DNA from: Rhodospirillales bacterium
GTDB taxonomy: Bacteria; Pseudomonadota; Alphaproteobacteria; Kiloniellales; JACOMY01
Reading direction: 5' to 3'
DNA length: 64,000 bases
Assembly (NCBI GenBank): GCA_014324045.1
Contig: JACOMY010000015.1
Span: 2,336-66,335, forward strand
Part shown: positions 34,869 through 47,421 of the stretch, one piece after another
Layout: every line of letters starts with the position of its first letter
Numbering within the stretch: position 1 is the stretch's first letter
Program-made: the position numbers and the translations under genes
The notes under the pieces: generated by a model
Told to the model about the DNA's origin: nothing
What the model saw: the letters and a program-made list of their open reading frames with translations, nothing else
Databases searched by the model: none

Positions 34869-37718
34869 ATGACCTTCGAACTGACCGACTATCTGCCTTA
34901 CGACTTCGCCAACCGCCGCCACATCGGCCCCTCTCCGCAGGAGATGGAAGAGATGCTGGCTGCGGTCGGCGTATCCTCCTTGGATCAACTGGTCGAGGAG
35001 GCCCTGCCAAAGGATATCCGGCGCGAAGACAAGCTCGACTGGGGGCGTCCCCTGTCGGAACGCGAGATGCTCTATCGTATCCGCCAGGTGGCCCGGAAGA
35101 ACCAGGTCCTGACCTCGCTGATCGGTCAGGGCTACTACGCCGCCATGACACCGCCGGCAATCCAACGCAACATTCTGGAGAACCCGGCTTGGTATACGGC
35201 CTACACCCCCTACCAGCCGGAGATCAGCCAGGGACGGCTAGAAGCGCTGTTGAATTATCAGACGATGGTCAGCGACCTGACCGGGCTGGCGGTTGCCAAC
35301 GCCTCGCTTCTGGACGAGGCAACTGCCGCCGCCGAGGCCATGACCATGGCCCACCGCGTGTCCAAGTCAAAATCCAAGCGCTTCTTCGTCGATGCGAACT
35401 GCCACCCGCAGAACATCGCCGTCATGGAGACGCGCGCGGCCCCGCTGGGGATCGAGATCCGGGTCGGCGATCCGGCCGCAGACCTAGATCCGGGGACGGT
35501 CTTCGGCGCAATCTTCCAGTACCCTGGCACCTACGGCCATGTCGAGGATCACAGCGCGCGCATCGCAAGACTGCATGCCGCGCAGGCCATCGCCGTCATG
35601 ATCGCTGATCTCCTGGCGCTGGCGCTGTTGAAGCCGCCGGGCGAGATGGGCGCCGACATCGCCGTTGGATCGACCCAGCGTTTCGGCGTACCGGTCGGCT
35701 ACGGCGGGCCGCATGCCGCCTATATGGCGACCAAGGACGCCTATAAGCGCAGCATGCCGGGCCGCATCGTCGGCGTCTCCATCGATTCCCGCGGCAACAA
35801 GGCCTATCGCCTGTCGCTGCAGACCCGCGAACAGCACATCCGGCGCGAGAAGGCGACCTCAAACGTCTGCACCGCCCAGGCGCTGCTGGCCGTCATGGCC
35901 TCCATGTATGCCGTCTTCCACGGACCCGACGGTCTTAAGGCCATCGCCCAACGTATTCACCGCAAGACGGTGCGCCTGGCCAAGGGGTTGGAGGAGCTGG
36001 GCTTCACCGTCTCGCCCAAGAGCTTCTTCGACACCGTCACGGTGGAGGTCGGTGCCCTCCAAGGCGTCATCCTCAATGCCGCAGTCGCCAATGGCATCAA
36101 CCTGCGCCGCATCGGCAGCACAGCTATCGGCATCAGCCTCGACGAGCGGACCCGGCCGGCGACCCTGGAAGCCGTCTGGCGCGCCTTCGGCGGCAAGCGG
36201 CGCGACGACCTCTCGCAGGACTACCGCCTTCCGCAAGAACTCCTGCGTGAGAGCCGCTATCTGGAGCATCCCATCTTCCACATGAACCGGGCCGAGGCCG
36301 AGATGACCCGCTACATGCGCCGTCTCGCCGACCGCGACTTGGCGCTCGACCGAGCCATGATCCCGCTCGGCTCCTGCACCATGAAGCTGAATGCGACGGC
36401 CGAGATGCTGCCGATCACCTGGCGGGAGTTCGCCCACATCCATCCCTTCGCCCCGCCCGAGCAGACCGAGGGCTACCGCGAGCTGATTGAGACGCTGTCG
36501 GAAAAGCTGTGTGCCATCACCGGCTACGACGCCCTCTCGATGCAGCCCAACTCCGGCGCGCAAGGCGAATATGCCGGCCTGATGACCATCCGCGGCTATC
36601 ACCATGCCCGCGGCGATAGCCAGCGCGATGTCTGCCTGATCCCGACCTCGGCACACGGCACCAACCCCGCCTCGGCGCAGATGGCCGGCATGAAGGTCGT
36701 GGTGGTAAAGTCGGCCGAGAACGGCGACATCGACATCGACGACTTCCGGGCCAAGGCAGAGGCCAACAGCGAACGCCTGGCGGCTTGCATGATCACCTAT
36801 CCCTCCACCCACGGCGTGTTCGAGGACAGCGTGCGCGAGATCTGCGCGATCACCCACGAGCACGGCGGGCAGGTCTATCTGGACGGCGCCAACATGAACG
36901 CCATGGTCGGTCTCTGCGCCCCCGGTCACATCGGCTCCGACGTCAGCCATCTGAACCTGCACAAGACCTTCTGCATTCCGCATGGCGGCGGCGGTCCGGG
37001 CATGGGACCGATCGGCGTGAAGGCGCATCTGGCCCCCTATATTCCGGGCCATCCGGAAACCAACGGACGGGCCGGCGCGGTCTCGGCCGCACCCTACGGA
37101 TCGCCCTCGATCCTGCCGATTTCCTGGGCTTACTGCCTCTTGATGGGCGGCGAGGGCCTTACCCAGGCCACCAAGGTGGCCATTCTCAATGCCAACTACA
37201 TCGCTAGGCGCCTGGAAGGTGCTTACAATATCCTCTTCAAGGGCGAGCAGGGGCGGGTCGCGCACGAATGTATCCTCGACACCCGCCCACTGAACGAGAC
37301 AGCCGGCGTCAGTGTCGACGACGTCGCCAAGCGCTTGGTAGATTGCGGCTTTCACGCCCCGACCATGAGTTGGCCAGTAGCCGGGACCTTGATGGTGGAA
37401 CCGACGGAATCGGAGCCCAAGGCCGAACTGGACCGCTTCTGCGACGCCATGCTGGCAATACGCCAAGAGGCCAGGGACATCGAAGAGGGGCGGATCGACG
37501 CCCGGAACAATCCCCTAAAGAATGCTCCCCACACGGTTGAGGATCTGGTCGGCCATTGGGATCGGCCTTACAGCCGCGAACAGGCCTGCTATCCGCCGGG
37601 TGCTTTCCGGGTGGACAAGTACTGGCCACCGGTCAACCGAGTGGACAATGCATACGGCGATCGCTATCTGGTGTGCAGCTGTCCGCCGCTGGAGACTTAC
37701 GACGAGGCAGCAGAGTAG
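34869..37718 (+). CDS. gcvP: Glycine dehydrogenase (decarboxylating), single-chain P protein
   Basis: 949 aa. [38 protein letters not shown] (PLP lysine region). Confidence 0.95.
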   Translation: MTFELTDYLPYDFANRRHIGPSPQEMEEMLAAVGVSSLDQLVEEALPKDIRREDKLDWGRPLSEREMLYRIRQVARKNQVLTSLIGQGYYAAMTPPAIQRNILENPAWYTAYTPYQPEISQGRLEALLNYQTMVSDLTGLAVANASLLDEATAAAEAMTMAHRVSKSKSKRFFVDANCHPQNIAVMETRAAPLGIEIRVGDPAADLDPGTVFGAIFQYPGTYGHVEDHSARIARLHAAQAIAVMIADLLALALLKPPGEMGADIAVGSTQRFGVPVGYGGPHAAYMATKDAYKRSMPGRIVGVSIDSRGNKAYRLSLQTREQHIRREKATSNVCTAQALLAVMASMYAVFHGPDGLKAIAQRIHRKTVRLAKGLEELGFTVSPKSFFDTVTVEVGALQGVILNAAVANGINLRRIGSTAIGISLDERTRPATLEAVWRAFGGKRRDDLSQDYRLPQELLRESRYLEHPIFHMNRAEAEMTRYMRRLADRDLALDRAMIPLGSCTMKLNATAEMLPITWREFAHIHPFAPPEQTEGYRELIETLSEKLCAITGYDALSMQPNSGAQGEYAGLMTIRGYHHARGDSQRDVCLIPTSAHGTNPASAQMAGMKVVVVKSAENGDIDIDDFRAKAEANSERLAACMITYPSTHGVFEDSVREICAITHEHGGQVYLDGANMNAMVGLCAPGHIGSDVSHLNLHKTFCIPHGGGGPGMGPIGVKAHLAPYIPGHPETNGRAGAVSAAPYGSPSILPISWAYCLLMGGEGLTQATKVAILNANYIARRLEGAYNILFKGEQGRVAHECILDTRPLNETAGVSVDDVAKRLVDCGFHAPTMSWPVAGTLMVEPTESEPKAELDRFCDAMLAIRQEARDIEEGRIDARNNPLKNAPHTVEDLVGHWDRPYSREQACYPPGAFRVDKYWPPVNRVDNAYGDRYLVCSCPPLETYDEAAE

Positions 37719-37750
37719 CGCCTTGCGCCGCTCCTCCCCCGCCCGCACAG

Positions 37751-37798
37751 ATAGGCACGGGTAGGAACAGATAGGCACACTTCAGGCAGAATAGGCAC
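37751..37798. promoter_or_regulatory. Three ATAGGCAC direct repeats with exact 20-bp phasing upstream of sdaA
   Basis: ataggcac occurs at 37751, 37771 and 37791. The array is flanked by two ccgctcctccccc boxes (37729 and 37798). Confidence 0.35.
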
Positions 37799-37899
37799 CG
37801 CTCCTCCCCCCCAAACCAGTATCCTATCGAATGGCCGGAAGGAGGAAGGAAGCGATAGGGGTTGGTCAGAAAAACCTTTAAAGAATTAAGGTCTCAGAG

Positions 37900-39300
37900 T
37901 TGTTCCTCAGCGTGTTCGATGTCTTCAAGATCGGTGTCGGCCCCTCCTCCTCCCACACCATGGGGCCGATGAGTGCAGGCCTCCGTTTCCTCGATATGCT
38001 GCGCAGCGGCGCGGGCCGTGTGGATACCTTTGGGCCGCCGGCCCGCCTGCGGGCGACGCTCTACGGCTCGCTCGCCTTTACCGGCAAGGGACACGCCAGC
38101 GACCGGGCCGTGGCCCTGGGCTTGCTGGGCATCACGCCGGCCGCGCTGAATCCGGATCTCGCCGAAGTGCAGTTGCAGAGCTTGGCAAGCGAACGCTGCT
38201 TGCAACACGACGGCCTGCCGACCCTGGCATTCGATCCCGAATGCGACATCGTTTTCAACTACAACGGGCCGCTGCCCGGCCATCCCAATGGTCTGCTGTT
38301 GGAAGCCTTCGACGCCAAGGGCGGACTGGTGCTGCGCAGCGTTTTCTACTCCATCGGCGGCGGTTTCGTCGTGACTGAGGAAGAACTGGAGGCAAGCCGC
38401 GACGGTAGCATCGCCGAGGAAGACACCGATTGCCCCTACCCCTATGGCTCCGCCGGTGAGATGCTGCAGATCTGTCGTCAGACCGGAAAGTCGATTGCTC
38501 AGATCACCCGCGAGAACGAGCACGCGGTGCATGGTCAGACAGGACTCGACGACGGGCTGCGTGCCATCTGGCAGGCCATGAACAGTTGCATGGAACGCGG
38601 CCTCAAGGGCGAAGGCATCCTGCCCGGCGGACTCAAGGTACGGCGTCGTGCCGGCCCGATCCACCACGCGCTGCTGGAGGAGACCGGCAAGAACGACGCT
38701 CAGCCGCACGTGGTCAATGACTGGATCTCGGTCTATGCCATGGCGGTCAACGAAGAGAATGCGGCGGGTGGACGGGTAGTGACGGCACCGACCAACGGGG
38801 CAGCCGGCGTGGTGCCGGCGGTGCTGCGCTACTACCTTGACCACTGCATCACCGCCGACCGTAACAAGATCGGCGATTTCCTGCTTACTGCTGCAGCCAT
38901 CGGCGCGCTGATCAAGCGCAACGCCTCCATCTCCGGCGCGGAAGTTGGGTGTCAGGGTGAGGTTGGCTCCGCTTCCGCTATGGCCGCTGCAGGTCTCTGC
39001 GCCGTCTTAGGCGGCACGCCGACGCAGGTTGAGAACGCCGCGGAGATCGCCCTGGAACATCACTTGGGCATGACCTGCGATCCCGCCGGCGGCCTGGTTC
39101 AGGTCCCCTGCATTGAGCGCAACGGCCTGGGCGCCATCAAGGCGGTCGCGGCGGCCTCTTTGGCCTTGCGCGGCGACGGCACCCACTTCATGCCACTCGA
39201 TAACTGCGTGGAGACCATGCGCCAGACCGGCCTGGAAATGAGCGAGAAGTACAAGGAAACCAGCCTCGGCGGGCTCGCCGTAAACCTGCCGGAGTGCTAG
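37900..39300 (+). CDS. sdaA: L-serine ammonia-lyase (iron-sulfur-dependent, single chain)
   Basis: (M)[24 protein letters not shown]-terminus. C-terminal [19 protein letters not shown]...[19 protein letters not shown] start at 37900. Confidence 0.9.
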   Translation: MFLSVFDVFKIGVGPSSSHTMGPMSAGLRFLDMLRSGAGRVDTFGPPARLRATLYGSLAFTGKGHASDRAVALGLLGITPAALNPDLAEVQLQSLASERCLQHDGLPTLAFDPECDIVFNYNGPLPGHPNGLLLEAFDAKGGLVLRSVFYSIGGGFVVTEEELEASRDGSIAEEDTDCPYPYGSAGEMLQICRQTGKSIAQITRENEHAVHGQTGLDDGLRAIWQAMNSCMERGLKGEGILPGGLKVRRRAGPIHHALLEETGKNDAQPHVVNDWISVYAMAVNEENAAGGRVVTAPTNGAAGVVPAVLRYYLDHCITADRNKIGDFLLTAAAIGALIKRNASISGAEVGCQGEVGSASAMAAAGLCAVLGGTPTQVENAAEIALEHHLGMTCDPAGGLVQVPCIERNGLGAIKAVAAASLALRGDGTHFMPLDNCVETMRQTGLEMSEKYKETSLGGLAVNLPEC

Positions 39301-39379
39301 AGTGGAGACCGCAGCCCCTTGGTGGTCTATACTAGGAAGCGATAGAAGTAGGTTATTGAATTAGTGGGAGACCTATCCA

Positions 39380-41734
39380 ATGGCTGGAGCGACCGGCGCT
39401 TGGAGGTGCAGCGTCCCAGCCTTGTTCGCTTTCGTTCTCCTATTGCTTGCTGCCGCACCGCTGGCTGCGCAGGGTGAGAATCGGTCCGAAGGTAAAGGGC
39501 TCCCCGGCGCGGAAGCACAGTTGCTGGCCGAGATCCTGCGCAACCCCGAGACACGCGATGCCTTCATAGCAGAGTTGGAGCGTCTTGGCCAAGGCGAGGG
39601 CAAAGCAACTGACCAAGGAACCGAGACGGAAAAAGACGTCTCGGCCAAGGCTCCGGCGACCACCGGGAAACCAATTCCCCACGCCTTGGCACCGGTCCCA
39701 ATCGTGATAAAAATTGCGGAGATCTCCCAGAGCTTTGCCGAGACGGCGGCGGAAAGGGCCGCATTGCTCTGGCAACTCTTGTTGGCAGCTCCCAGCCGTT
39801 TCTCCGCGCTCAGTCAGTTGGAACCCGAAGTGATTGCCAAAGCGCTTTGGAACCTGGGTCTGGCGATAATCGGCACCCTTTCCGTACTGATTGCGTTGCG
39901 TCTAGCCTCGAACCGCTTCGACCTCTACTTGGGAGGAATTACAAGCGGTTCGGGGCTCATCAAAACACTGTTGCTGGTCTCTCTCAGTATTTTGGGCGGT
40001 GTTCTCTCAGTCGTTCTGGCATGGGCTGCCGGCTACCTCATGACCTTGATGGTTTTCGGTCAGTTCGGCAGCATCGGGATCCGGCAATCGCTTTATCTGA
40101 ACGCCTTCCTCGTCGTGGAACTGATACGCTTGGCCTTTAGGACTTTGCTGTCACCGAACTCCGTCTCCCTGCGACTGCTGCCGATCCCCGATCACGCAGC
40201 GCGGATGCTTTATCTCTGGCTGGGCGCGGTACTCACCATCATCGGCTACGGCACCCTTGTGGTCGAGCCGATTTTCAGGCAGGATATAGGCTTCTTCGCG
40301 GGGCGCAGTGCTTCCGCCCTCTTGGTGCTTATCGGCCTTGTTATCCTGACCGCGCTTGCCCTGTCCAACCGGCGCCGGGTCGCCGATTGGCTCTGCGAGA
40401 GCCTGCAAGCAACCGAGCATCGCACGGCAGGTTTCATCCTGCGGCGCTGGAACCTGCCGCTGCTGCTGTACCTCGCCTTCCTCTTCGCCATCGTGGTCAC
40501 TAGGCCGGGGAATCTGCTGATAACAGTGCTGATTGCTACGGCCGAAATCGTGGCTGCAGTCTTGGTTGGCACCATCATCATGCGTGGCCTGAAGAAATCA
40601 GTCCGACGCGGTCTACGGCTGCCGCCGCCGATCACCCAACGCCTGCCGGCCTTGGAAGACCGGCTGAATGTTTTTGTACCGAAGTTGTTAGTGCTGGTCC
40701 GCCTGCTGATTTTCGTCGTGGTCTTGGGCTTTATCGTCCACACCGTCGATTTGATCGACGTCCGTATTTTGCTGTCCAGCCAGTTTGGTGTGAAAGTGGC
40801 ATCGCACATCATTTCGGTCAGCGTAATCGTCATTATGAACTTCATCCTCTGGCTGGTCGTCGCCTCCTGGGTCGACTATCGCCTCAATCCGGAGTTTGGT
40901 TCGGTGCCCACGGCGCGCGAAAAGACGCTGCTGACGCTGCTGCGCAATGCCTTTACGATCGTGTCGATCGTCTTCACCATAATGTTCTCGCTGTCCGAAA
41001 TCGGGATCGACATCGCCCCCCTGATCGCCTCGGCCGGCGTCTTTGGTCTGGCGATCGGTTTTGGCGCCCAGAAGCTGGTGCAAGACATCATCACCGGCAT
41101 CTTCATCCAGTTCGAGAACGCTATCGACGTCGGCGACGTGGTAACGGTGGGCGGTACCACCGGTACGGCGGAACGCCTCACCATTCGCTCAGTCAGCCTG
41201 CGCGATCTGAACGGTGTTTTCCACATCGTGCCCTTTTCTTCGGTCGACATGGTGTCGAACTTCATGCGCGGTTTCAGCTACCACGTCGCCGAAATGGGCA
41301 TTGCCTATCGGGAAAGCGTGGACGAAGCCAAACAGGCCATGCACGACGCCTTCGATCAGTTAAAAGATCTGCCGGAGTGGAAGTACGAGATCCTCGGCCC
41401 ACTGGAATGGTTCGGCCTGGTCTCCTTCGGCGACAGCGCTGTGGTTCTTCGTGCCCGAATCAAGTGCCGGCCGGGCAATCAGTGGGCAATCGGACGGGCC
41501 TACAATGAGATCATAAAGCGCATATTTGACGAGCGCGGCATCGAAATCCCCTTCCCGCATCAGACCGTCTACTTCGGTGAAGACAAAGAAGGAAAAGCTC
41601 CACCTGCCCACATTGCCTTGCGCCAAGAGCCGACGCCCGTGCGGTCAGCGCGGAAGGATAGCGACAAGGATCAGAACAGACTGGACAGCAGCCCGCCGCA
41701 AGCCCTCGATATCGAACAATCTCAGGAACGCTAG
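39380..41734 (+). CDS. Mechanosensitive ion channel, MscS family (large MscK/MscM-like)
   Basis: Signal peptide, about 10 TM helices, and the MscS core GFGAQKLVQDIITGIFIQFENAIDVGDVV...LRDLNGVFHIVPF. Confidence 0.85.
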   Translation: MAGATGAWRCSVPALFAFVLLLLAAAPLAAQGENRSEGKGLPGAEAQLLAEILRNPETRDAFIAELERLGQGEGKATDQGTETEKDVSAKAPATTGKPIPHALAPVPIVIKIAEISQSFAETAAERAALLWQLLLAAPSRFSALSQLEPEVIAKALWNLGLAIIGTLSVLIALRLASNRFDLYLGGITSGSGLIKTLLLVSLSILGGVLSVVLAWAAGYLMTLMVFGQFGSIGIRQSLYLNAFLVVELIRLAFRTLLSPNSVSLRLLPIPDHAARMLYLWLGAVLTIIGYGTLVVEPIFRQDIGFFAGRSASALLVLIGLVILTALALSNRRRVADWLCESLQATEHRTAGFILRRWNLPLLLYLAFLFAIVVTRPGNLLITVLIATAEIVAAVLVGTIIMRGLKKSVRRGLRLPPPITQRLPALEDRLNVFVPKLLVLVRLLIFVVVLGFIVHTVDLIDVRILLSSQFGVKVASHIISVSVIVIMNFILWLVVASWVDYRLNPEFGSVPTAREKTLLTLLRNAFTIVSIVFTIMFSLSEIGIDIAPLIASAGVFGLAIGFGAQKLVQDIITGIFIQFENAIDVGDVVTVGGTTGTAERLTIRSVSLRDLNGVFHIVPFSSVDMVSNFMRGFSYHVAEMGIAYRESVDEAKQAMHDAFDQLKDLPEWKYEILGPLEWFGLVSFGDSAVVLRARIKCRPGNQWAIGRAYNEIIKRIFDERGIEIPFPHQTVYFGEDKEGKAPPAHIALRQEPTPVRSARKDSDKDQNRLDSSPPQALDIEQSQER

Positions 41735-41774
41735 CGAAAACAGCGCTCAATCGGACTTGAGGGGTTTTGTGTGC

Positions 41775-43064
41775 CTATCCGGCCAGACCCTCGCTGCGCG
41801 GATCGAAGGCGCGGAACAGCAGCGCCGCATTAACCCCGCCGAAGCCGAAGCCGTTGCAAAGCGCCGCCCGCAACTGGCGGGCGCGGGCCTTCAGGGGCAC
41901 GAAATCCAGGTCCTCTGCACCTTCGTCGGGCTCGTGCATGTTCAAGGTCGGCGGCATCAGGCCGCTGCGGATGGCCATGGCGGTGAAGATGGCCTCCACC
42001 CCGCCAGCGGCCCCCAGCAGGTGACCGATCGCCGACTTGGTAGAGGAGATCGCGACGTCTCTGATGCGGTTACCGAAGAGAGCACGCAGCGCTGCAATCT
42101 CGCCTTTGTCGCCGACCGGCGTCGAGGTTGCGTGGGCATTGATGTAGTCGACTTCTCCGCCGTCGCTCTCGGCCATCGAGAGGCAGGAGCGCATGGCCTG
42201 CGCCGCGCCCGTACCGTCCTCGGGGCCCGCGGTCAGGTGATAGGCATCAGCTGAAGTACCGTAGCCGGCCACTTCGATCAGCGGAGTCGCGCCGCGAGCC
42301 AGGGCCGAGTCCAAAGTCTCCAGCACCACGAGCCCGGCGCCCTCGCTCATGACGAAGCCGTCCCGATTGCGGTCGAAGGGGCGCGAGGCCTCCTCCGGTA
42401 CCTCGTTGCGCGTGGAAAGCGCACGGGCCGCTGCGAAGCCGCCGATGGCGAGGCGGTCGATGCAGGCTTCTGCACCGCCGGCCAAGACGACCTCAGCCTC
42501 ACCGGACTTCAGCAGGCGCATACCGTCGCCGATGGCCTGCAGACCGGCAGCACAGGCCGTCACCGGCGTGCCGATGGGCCCGCGGAAGCCGTAGCGGATC
42601 GAGACGTTACCGGCCGCGAGATTCGCCAGAAATACGGGCACCACGAAGGGCGAGAGACGGCGATAGCCGCGCCGGTCCAGGGTCACTTTGCTCTCGGTGA
42701 TGGTCGGAAAGCCACCGATCCCGGTGGCGATGACGGTCGCCGTCCTCGCCTTTTGCTCATCAGTCTCAGCCTTCCAGCCCGCCTGCTGCAAGGCCTCTTC
42801 CGCGGCCGCCAGAGCATAAACGGTAAAGAGATCCACCTTGCGGCGCTCTTTGATGGAGACCACGGAGTCGATGTCCAACCCGATAGAATCTTCGGAAACG
42901 TCCGGGACTAGGCCTGCCATCTTCGAGGGCAGATCGTCCACCGAAATGCGGGTGTTGGTCTTGATGCCAGATCTGCCGGCCGTCAAGCGTTCCCACACCG
43001 CTTCGACGCCGCAGCCCAACGGCGAAACCATCCCCATACCGGTGATAACAATTCTCTTCTTCAC
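41775..43064 (-). CDS. fabF: Beta-ketoacyl-ACP synthase II-like (KAS II)
   Basis: MKKRIVITGMGMVSPLG..., active-site TACAAG, HATSTPVGD, NGFGFGGVNA. It lies outside any fab cluster. Confidence 0.8.
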   Translation of the reverse strand: MKKRIVITGMGMVSPLGCGVEAVWERLTAGRSGIKTNTRISVDDLPSKMAGLVPDVSEDSIGLDIDSVVSIKERRKVDLFTVYALAAAEEALQQAGWKAETDEQKARTATVIATGIGGFPTITESKVTLDRRGYRRLSPFVVPVFLANLAAGNVSIRYGFRGPIGTPVTACAAGLQAIGDGMRLLKSGEAEVVLAGGAEACIDRLAIGGFAAARALSTRNEVPEEASRPFDRNRDGFVMSEGAGLVVLETLDSALARGATPLIEVAGYGTSADAYHLTAGPEDGTGAAQAMRSCLSMAESDGGEVDYINAHATSTPVGDKGEIAALRALFGNRIRDVAISSTKSAIGHLLGAAGGVEAIFTAMAIRSGLMPPTLNMHEPDEGAEDLDFVPLKARARQLRAALCNGFGFGGVNAALLFRAFDPRSEGLAG

Positions 43065-43299
43065 GTAAAATCCTTCCCATCAAGAGCAGACACGCACCGG
43101 GCAACACCGTTCAATACCCGATTTCGTTCGCACATGCGAGCATCGCAAGAGCGGCTAATGCAGCTCTGCGAGGCCCATCCTTTCAACTGCCGATAGGTGA
43201 CGGCCGATTCTGCGAGAGGCAGTTTCAACACGATGTGGAGCCGCAGGAAGTGGTGTGTCTACATCCGGTGGTTCGGTTCGATTGTTGGCGTACCGTCGA

Positions 43300-43600
43300 C
43301 CAGCGGTCCATTGGAATGACGGTTTCCGGTGCAGGTGGCTGATATTTCAAGGAGAGCTGTGGCTTGACAGTGTTGTCGTGGCCGCGCCATTGCCCGATCA
43401 GGATTATGGCTTCTCTGAGGCTGTAGAAGATTTCACCGTTTAGTCGCCCACCCCTGAAGCGGGTGTCGAGATTCCTGCAATAGCCATTTCCTAGCCCTGC
43501 TCCCAAGGCGATCCAGGCGCGATATAAGCGGTCCCGGCACCGAGGCAATTTAGTCTCGCATCTTCTGTGCAGCGAACGCCGGGTCGTGCCGCCCGCCGAG
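43300..43600 (-). mobile_element. Degraded 3' remnant of an rve (DDE integrase-core) IS transposase gene
   Basis: Two frames carry ...TAYIAPGSPWEQG and GNGYCRNLDTRFRGGRLNGEIFYSLREAIILIGQWRGHDNTVKPQLSLKYQPPAPE. These resemble the conserved PGSPW.NGY.ESFN...LRDE.LNGEIFYSL.EA......WR..YN..RPHS.LGY.PPAPE tail of IS3/IS481-type transposases. No N-terminal part and no inverted repeats were identified. Confidence 0.6.
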
Positions 43601-43653
43601 CGCAACGGTACTGGGCATCGGCAGCACAACGGCAATGACGACAAGGCAAAGCC

Positions 43654-44787
43654 CTAGCCAGCCCGTTCCACATCGACCCAGTCCGAGGAGGCGATGAAAC
43701 CGCCGCCCAAGAGGCGCGCACCCTCGTAGACGACCGCCGCCTGGCCAGGCGCCACAGCCCCCTGCTGGGAGAGCAAGCGCAATTCAGCTGCCCCCGCCTC
43801 AAGCGATTCTAGCCGCGCCGGCGCGGGCAGCTGACGGGATCGCAGTTTCACATGCAGGTCACGGCCAAGGGCAATGTCGGCCAACCAGTTTGTCTCCCGC
43901 AGAATCACACGGTTCTGCGCCAACGCCGCCGCCGGCCCCACCACCACTTGACGACGTTTCGCATCGAGACGCACCACGTAGAGCGGCCCCGCCTTATGAT
44001 CCAGACCCAGCCCTCGGCGCTGGCCGACGGTGTAATGGACGATGCCGCGATGGCTGCCGAGAACGCGGCCTGAGAGATCGACGATCTCACCCGGCTCGCC
44101 GGCGCCCGGCCGCAACGCATCGATCACTTTGGTGTAGCGTCCCTCGGGTACGAAGCAGATGTCCTGGCTGTCCGGCTTATCGGCCACAATCAGGCCGCGC
44201 TCGGCCGCCATAAGGCGTACCTCGGTTTTCGACAGACCGCCGAGCGGGAAGCGCAGGAAGTCCAGTTGATCGCGTGTGGTGGTGAAGAGGAAATAGCTCT
44301 GGTCGCGCTCCAAATCTCTTGCCCGGTGCAGTTCCGCACCCTTCGGTCCGACAACCCGCAGGGCATAGTGGCCGGTCATCAAGGCCGCTGCCCCCAGTTC
44401 GCGCGCACTCTCCAAGAGATCGGCAAACTTGATCTTCTGATTGCAGCGCACGCAGGGAATCGGTGTCTCGCCGCGGGCGTAGCTTGCCCCGAAGTCTTCG
44501 ATCACTTGGCAGCGAAAGCGCTCCTCGTAGTCCAAGACATAGTGGGCAAAGCCCAAGCGCGCAGCGACCGTGCGGGCGTCGCGCAGATCTTGGCCGGCAC
44601 AGCAGCTGCCGGGCTTCCCGGCCGCACGGCCATGGTCGTGGAGGTGCAGAGTCACACCCACGACCTCATAGCCTGCCTCGTAGCAAAGCGCTGCCGTCAG
44701 CGCGGAATCCACCCCGCCGGACATGGCCACGACGACCCTAGCCCCCGCTTCGGGGGCGTCGTCTCCAAGTAGCATTGTCATGATCAT
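43654..44787 (-). CDS. mnmA: tRNA 2-thiouridine(34) synthase
   Basis: [15 protein letters not shown] (PP-loop), [17 protein letters not shown]. Start chosen at MIMTML. Confidence 0.9.
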   Translation of the reverse strand: MIMTMLLGDDAPEAGARVVVAMSGGVDSALTAALCYEAGYEVVGVTLHLHDHGRAAGKPGSCCAGQDLRDARTVAARLGFAHYVLDYEERFRCQVIEDFGASYARGETPIPCVRCNQKIKFADLLESARELGAAALMTGHYALRVVGPKGAELHRARDLERDQSYFLFTTTRDQLDFLRFPLGGLSKTEVRLMAAERGLIVADKPDSQDICFVPEGRYTKVIDALRPGAGEPGEIVDLSGRVLGSHRGIVHYTVGQRRGLGLDHKAGPLYVVRLDAKRRQVVVGPAAALAQNRVILRETNWLADIALGRDLHVKLRSRQLPAPARLESLEAGAAELRLLSQQGAVAPGQAAVVYEGARLLGGGFIASSDWVDVERAG

Positions 44788-45227
44788 GCCACTAGAACGG
44801 CTGCGGTACAAATACAAGGTCTTGACGCGGGAAACCTTCCGCTGGGCCATCGGCGGTACAGGTGCGATGACGACCAGATCCGATTGCGCATGAGGCGATC
44901 CTGCACAAAAGCGCCATGCCGGCACAAGCGCAATGGCGCTGTCGACCTCTCTGAGGGGAGTTCGGAAACCATCGAGGCGGAAGGAGCAGCCCTCCGAAAC
45001 TAAGGGAGTGCGCAACCGCTTGACGTCCAACCGCTCCAAGACTGTCCGCGTCAGGGCCTCGTCGCCCTCAAATGTAGCCGCTCCCAAACATATTGGCGCC
45101 AGTGCCAGCCCATCAGGCAGCGGCGGTACGAATGCCATTCCGCCGGCATGGCTCCCCACTGGGTGTGCTCATGCTCTCCTACTTTGCCGACAGTTTCGCT
45201 CAAGCGAGGTCGAACGACAAGCAGACA

Positions 45228-47018
45228 CTAGATTCCAGCCATCTTCGGCGGTATGCGCACATCCAGATGCAGTTCGCGCAGGCGCTCGGGCGCCAGTTCG
45301 GCCGGCGCGCCCATCAAGAGGTCCTCGGCCCGCTGGTTCATTGGAAAGGCCACGATCTCGCGCAAATTGGGCTCGTCAGCCAGCAGCATCGCGATGCGGT
45401 CGATGCCCGGTGCGGAGCCGCCATGCGGCGGCGCGCCGAAGCGCAGGGCCTTGAAGAGGCCGGCAAAACGCGCCTCCACCTCGTCCGCGCCATAGCCGGC
45501 AATCTCAAATGCCTTAATCATGACGTCGGGCAGATGGTTCCGGATCGCGCCGGAGGACAGCTCCACGCCGTTGCAGACGATATCGTACTGATAGGCCTTG
45601 ACGGTCAGCGGGTCTTGCGTCGCCAACGCCTCCATCCCGCCCTGCGGCATGGAAAAGGGATTGTGGCTGAACTCAATCTGGCCGGTGTCCTCGTTCAGCT
45701 CGTAGAGCGGGAAGTCAACGATCCAGCAGAAGGCAAAGCGATTCCGGTCGATCAGGTCCAGGTCTTCGCCCAAGCGGGAGCGCACGGTACCGGCGAAGGC
45801 GGCCGCAAGCTTCGGCGCATCGCAGACGAAGAAGATCGCGTCGCCGGCTTTCGCACCGCTGATCTCCTGCAAACGCACCAAGCGTTCCCTGTCCAGGTTT
45901 TTGGCGATCGGACCCTTGGCGCCCCCTGCTTCGGGGAAGGCAATGTAGCCTAGGCCCGCCTTGCCTTCGGACTGCGCCCAAGAGTTCAGCTTATCGAAGA
46001 AGGAGCGCGGCCGCCTGGCGGCACCGGGGGCCGGTATCGCCCGAACCACGGAGCCCCGCTCCACCAGCTCGGCGAAGACCGCAAATCCGCTGCCGGCAAA
46101 GACCTCGCTAACGTCCGCAATCTCAATGGGATTACGCAAGTCGGGCTTATCGCTGCCGTACTTCAGCATGGCCTCGTCGAAGGCAATCCGCGGGAAAGGC
46201 GGCGGCGAGACTTGGCGCGCACCAGCAAATTCCTCGAAGACACCGGCGAGCACCGGTTCGATCGCCGCGAAGACATCCTCTTGCGTGACGAAGCTCATCT
46301 CGAAGTCGAGTTGGTAGAATTCTCCCGGCGAGCGGTCGGCACGTCCGTCCTCGTCGCGGAAGCAGGGCGCAATCTGGAAATAGCGGTCGAAGCCGGCGAT
46401 CATCAGTAGCTGCTTGAACATCTGCGGCGCCTGCGGCAGAGCGTAGAACGTGCCGGGATGCACCCTGGAGGGCACCACGTAGGCCCGCGCGCCCTCCGGA
46501 CTGTCGGCCGTCAGGATCGGCGTCTGCATTTCAAGAAAACCGCTCTCGATCATACGGTGGCGGATCGAGGCAATCAGCTGCGAACGCAGGACGATGTTGT
46601 TGTGCAGACGCTGGCGGCGCAGGTCCAGAAAGCGGTAGGTCAGGCGGGTCTCTTCGCCTGCGTCCTCCTCGCCCGCTACCTGCAGCGGAGTGACCTCGGC
46701 GTGCGACAGCAATGCCAGGGTCTCGACTGCCACCTCGATTTCTCCGGTGGGAAGCTTGGGATTGACCGTCTCCGCAGTGCGCTCTACCACGCGGCCAGTG
46801 ACGGTGATCACGCTCTCCGGCCGGATCGCCTCCAGCTCCTTGAAGATCGGATTGGAAACGTCGGCCACACACTGGGTTAGGCCGTAATGGTCGCGCAGAT
46901 CGACGAAGAGCAGTTGGCCGTGATCGCGCTTGCGGTGGATCCAGCCCGACAGGCGCACCTGCTGGCCGATCTCCGCGCGGCGCAGCACGCCGCAGTTGTG
47001 AGTGCGATAGGCATGCAT
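45228..47018 (-). CDS. aspS: Aspartate--tRNA ligase
   Basis: [13 protein letters not shown]..., [16 protein letters not shown], class II motifs ([21 protein letters not shown]). 596 aa. Confidence 0.95.
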   Translation of the reverse strand: MHAYRTHNCGVLRRAEIGQQVRLSGWIHRKRDHGQLLFVDLRDHYGLTQCVADVSNPIFKELEAIRPESVITVTGRVVERTAETVNPKLPTGEIEVAVETLALLSHAEVTPLQVAGEEDAGEETRLTYRFLDLRRQRLHNNIVLRSQLIASIRHRMIESGFLEMQTPILTADSPEGARAYVVPSRVHPGTFYALPQAPQMFKQLLMIAGFDRYFQIAPCFRDEDGRADRSPGEFYQLDFEMSFVTQEDVFAAIEPVLAGVFEEFAGARQVSPPPFPRIAFDEAMLKYGSDKPDLRNPIEIADVSEVFAGSGFAVFAELVERGSVVRAIPAPGAARRPRSFFDKLNSWAQSEGKAGLGYIAFPEAGGAKGPIAKNLDRERLVRLQEISGAKAGDAIFFVCDAPKLAAAFAGTVRSRLGEDLDLIDRNRFAFCWIVDFPLYELNEDTGQIEFSHNPFSMPQGGMEALATQDPLTVKAYQYDIVCNGVELSSGAIRNHLPDVMIKAFEIAGYGADEVEARFAGLFKALRFGAPPHGGSAPGIDRIAMLLADEPNLREIVAFPMNQRAEDLLMGAPAELAPERLRELHLDVRIPPKMAGI

Positions 47019-47421
47019 TGTGGATTCTACCTCATTTTTCCATGCCGGAGACTGGGCAACTCACTCTCCGAGCCAACCCGATCCGGCGCTATCCATTCGC
47101 AAGGCCACCCGCAGCGGCCTCGCGCTTCAACCGATTCCCGGGTCGGACAAGTGTTGCGTTATCTGTTGGGTCTCCCTCTCTGCCCAAGGCTTCGCCTCGT
47201 CCGCGATACTGTCGCTGGCGGCCATTGCCGATCCTTCCGCTTGCAAATTTCCCCTTGCAAAATCGCCTCGTTGTTCAGTCAAGCAGGGGTGCACCTGCCT
47301 TCTCCCGCATTCTAATGCCCTCTCCTCGGGCTGCGGTCCAGACCGTGCAGTGGGGTCTCTTCTGTCTGCGATGACGAAGCCCCCCTTGCTGAAGGGATTT
47401 TACACCTCTAGCCTTGGAGGC

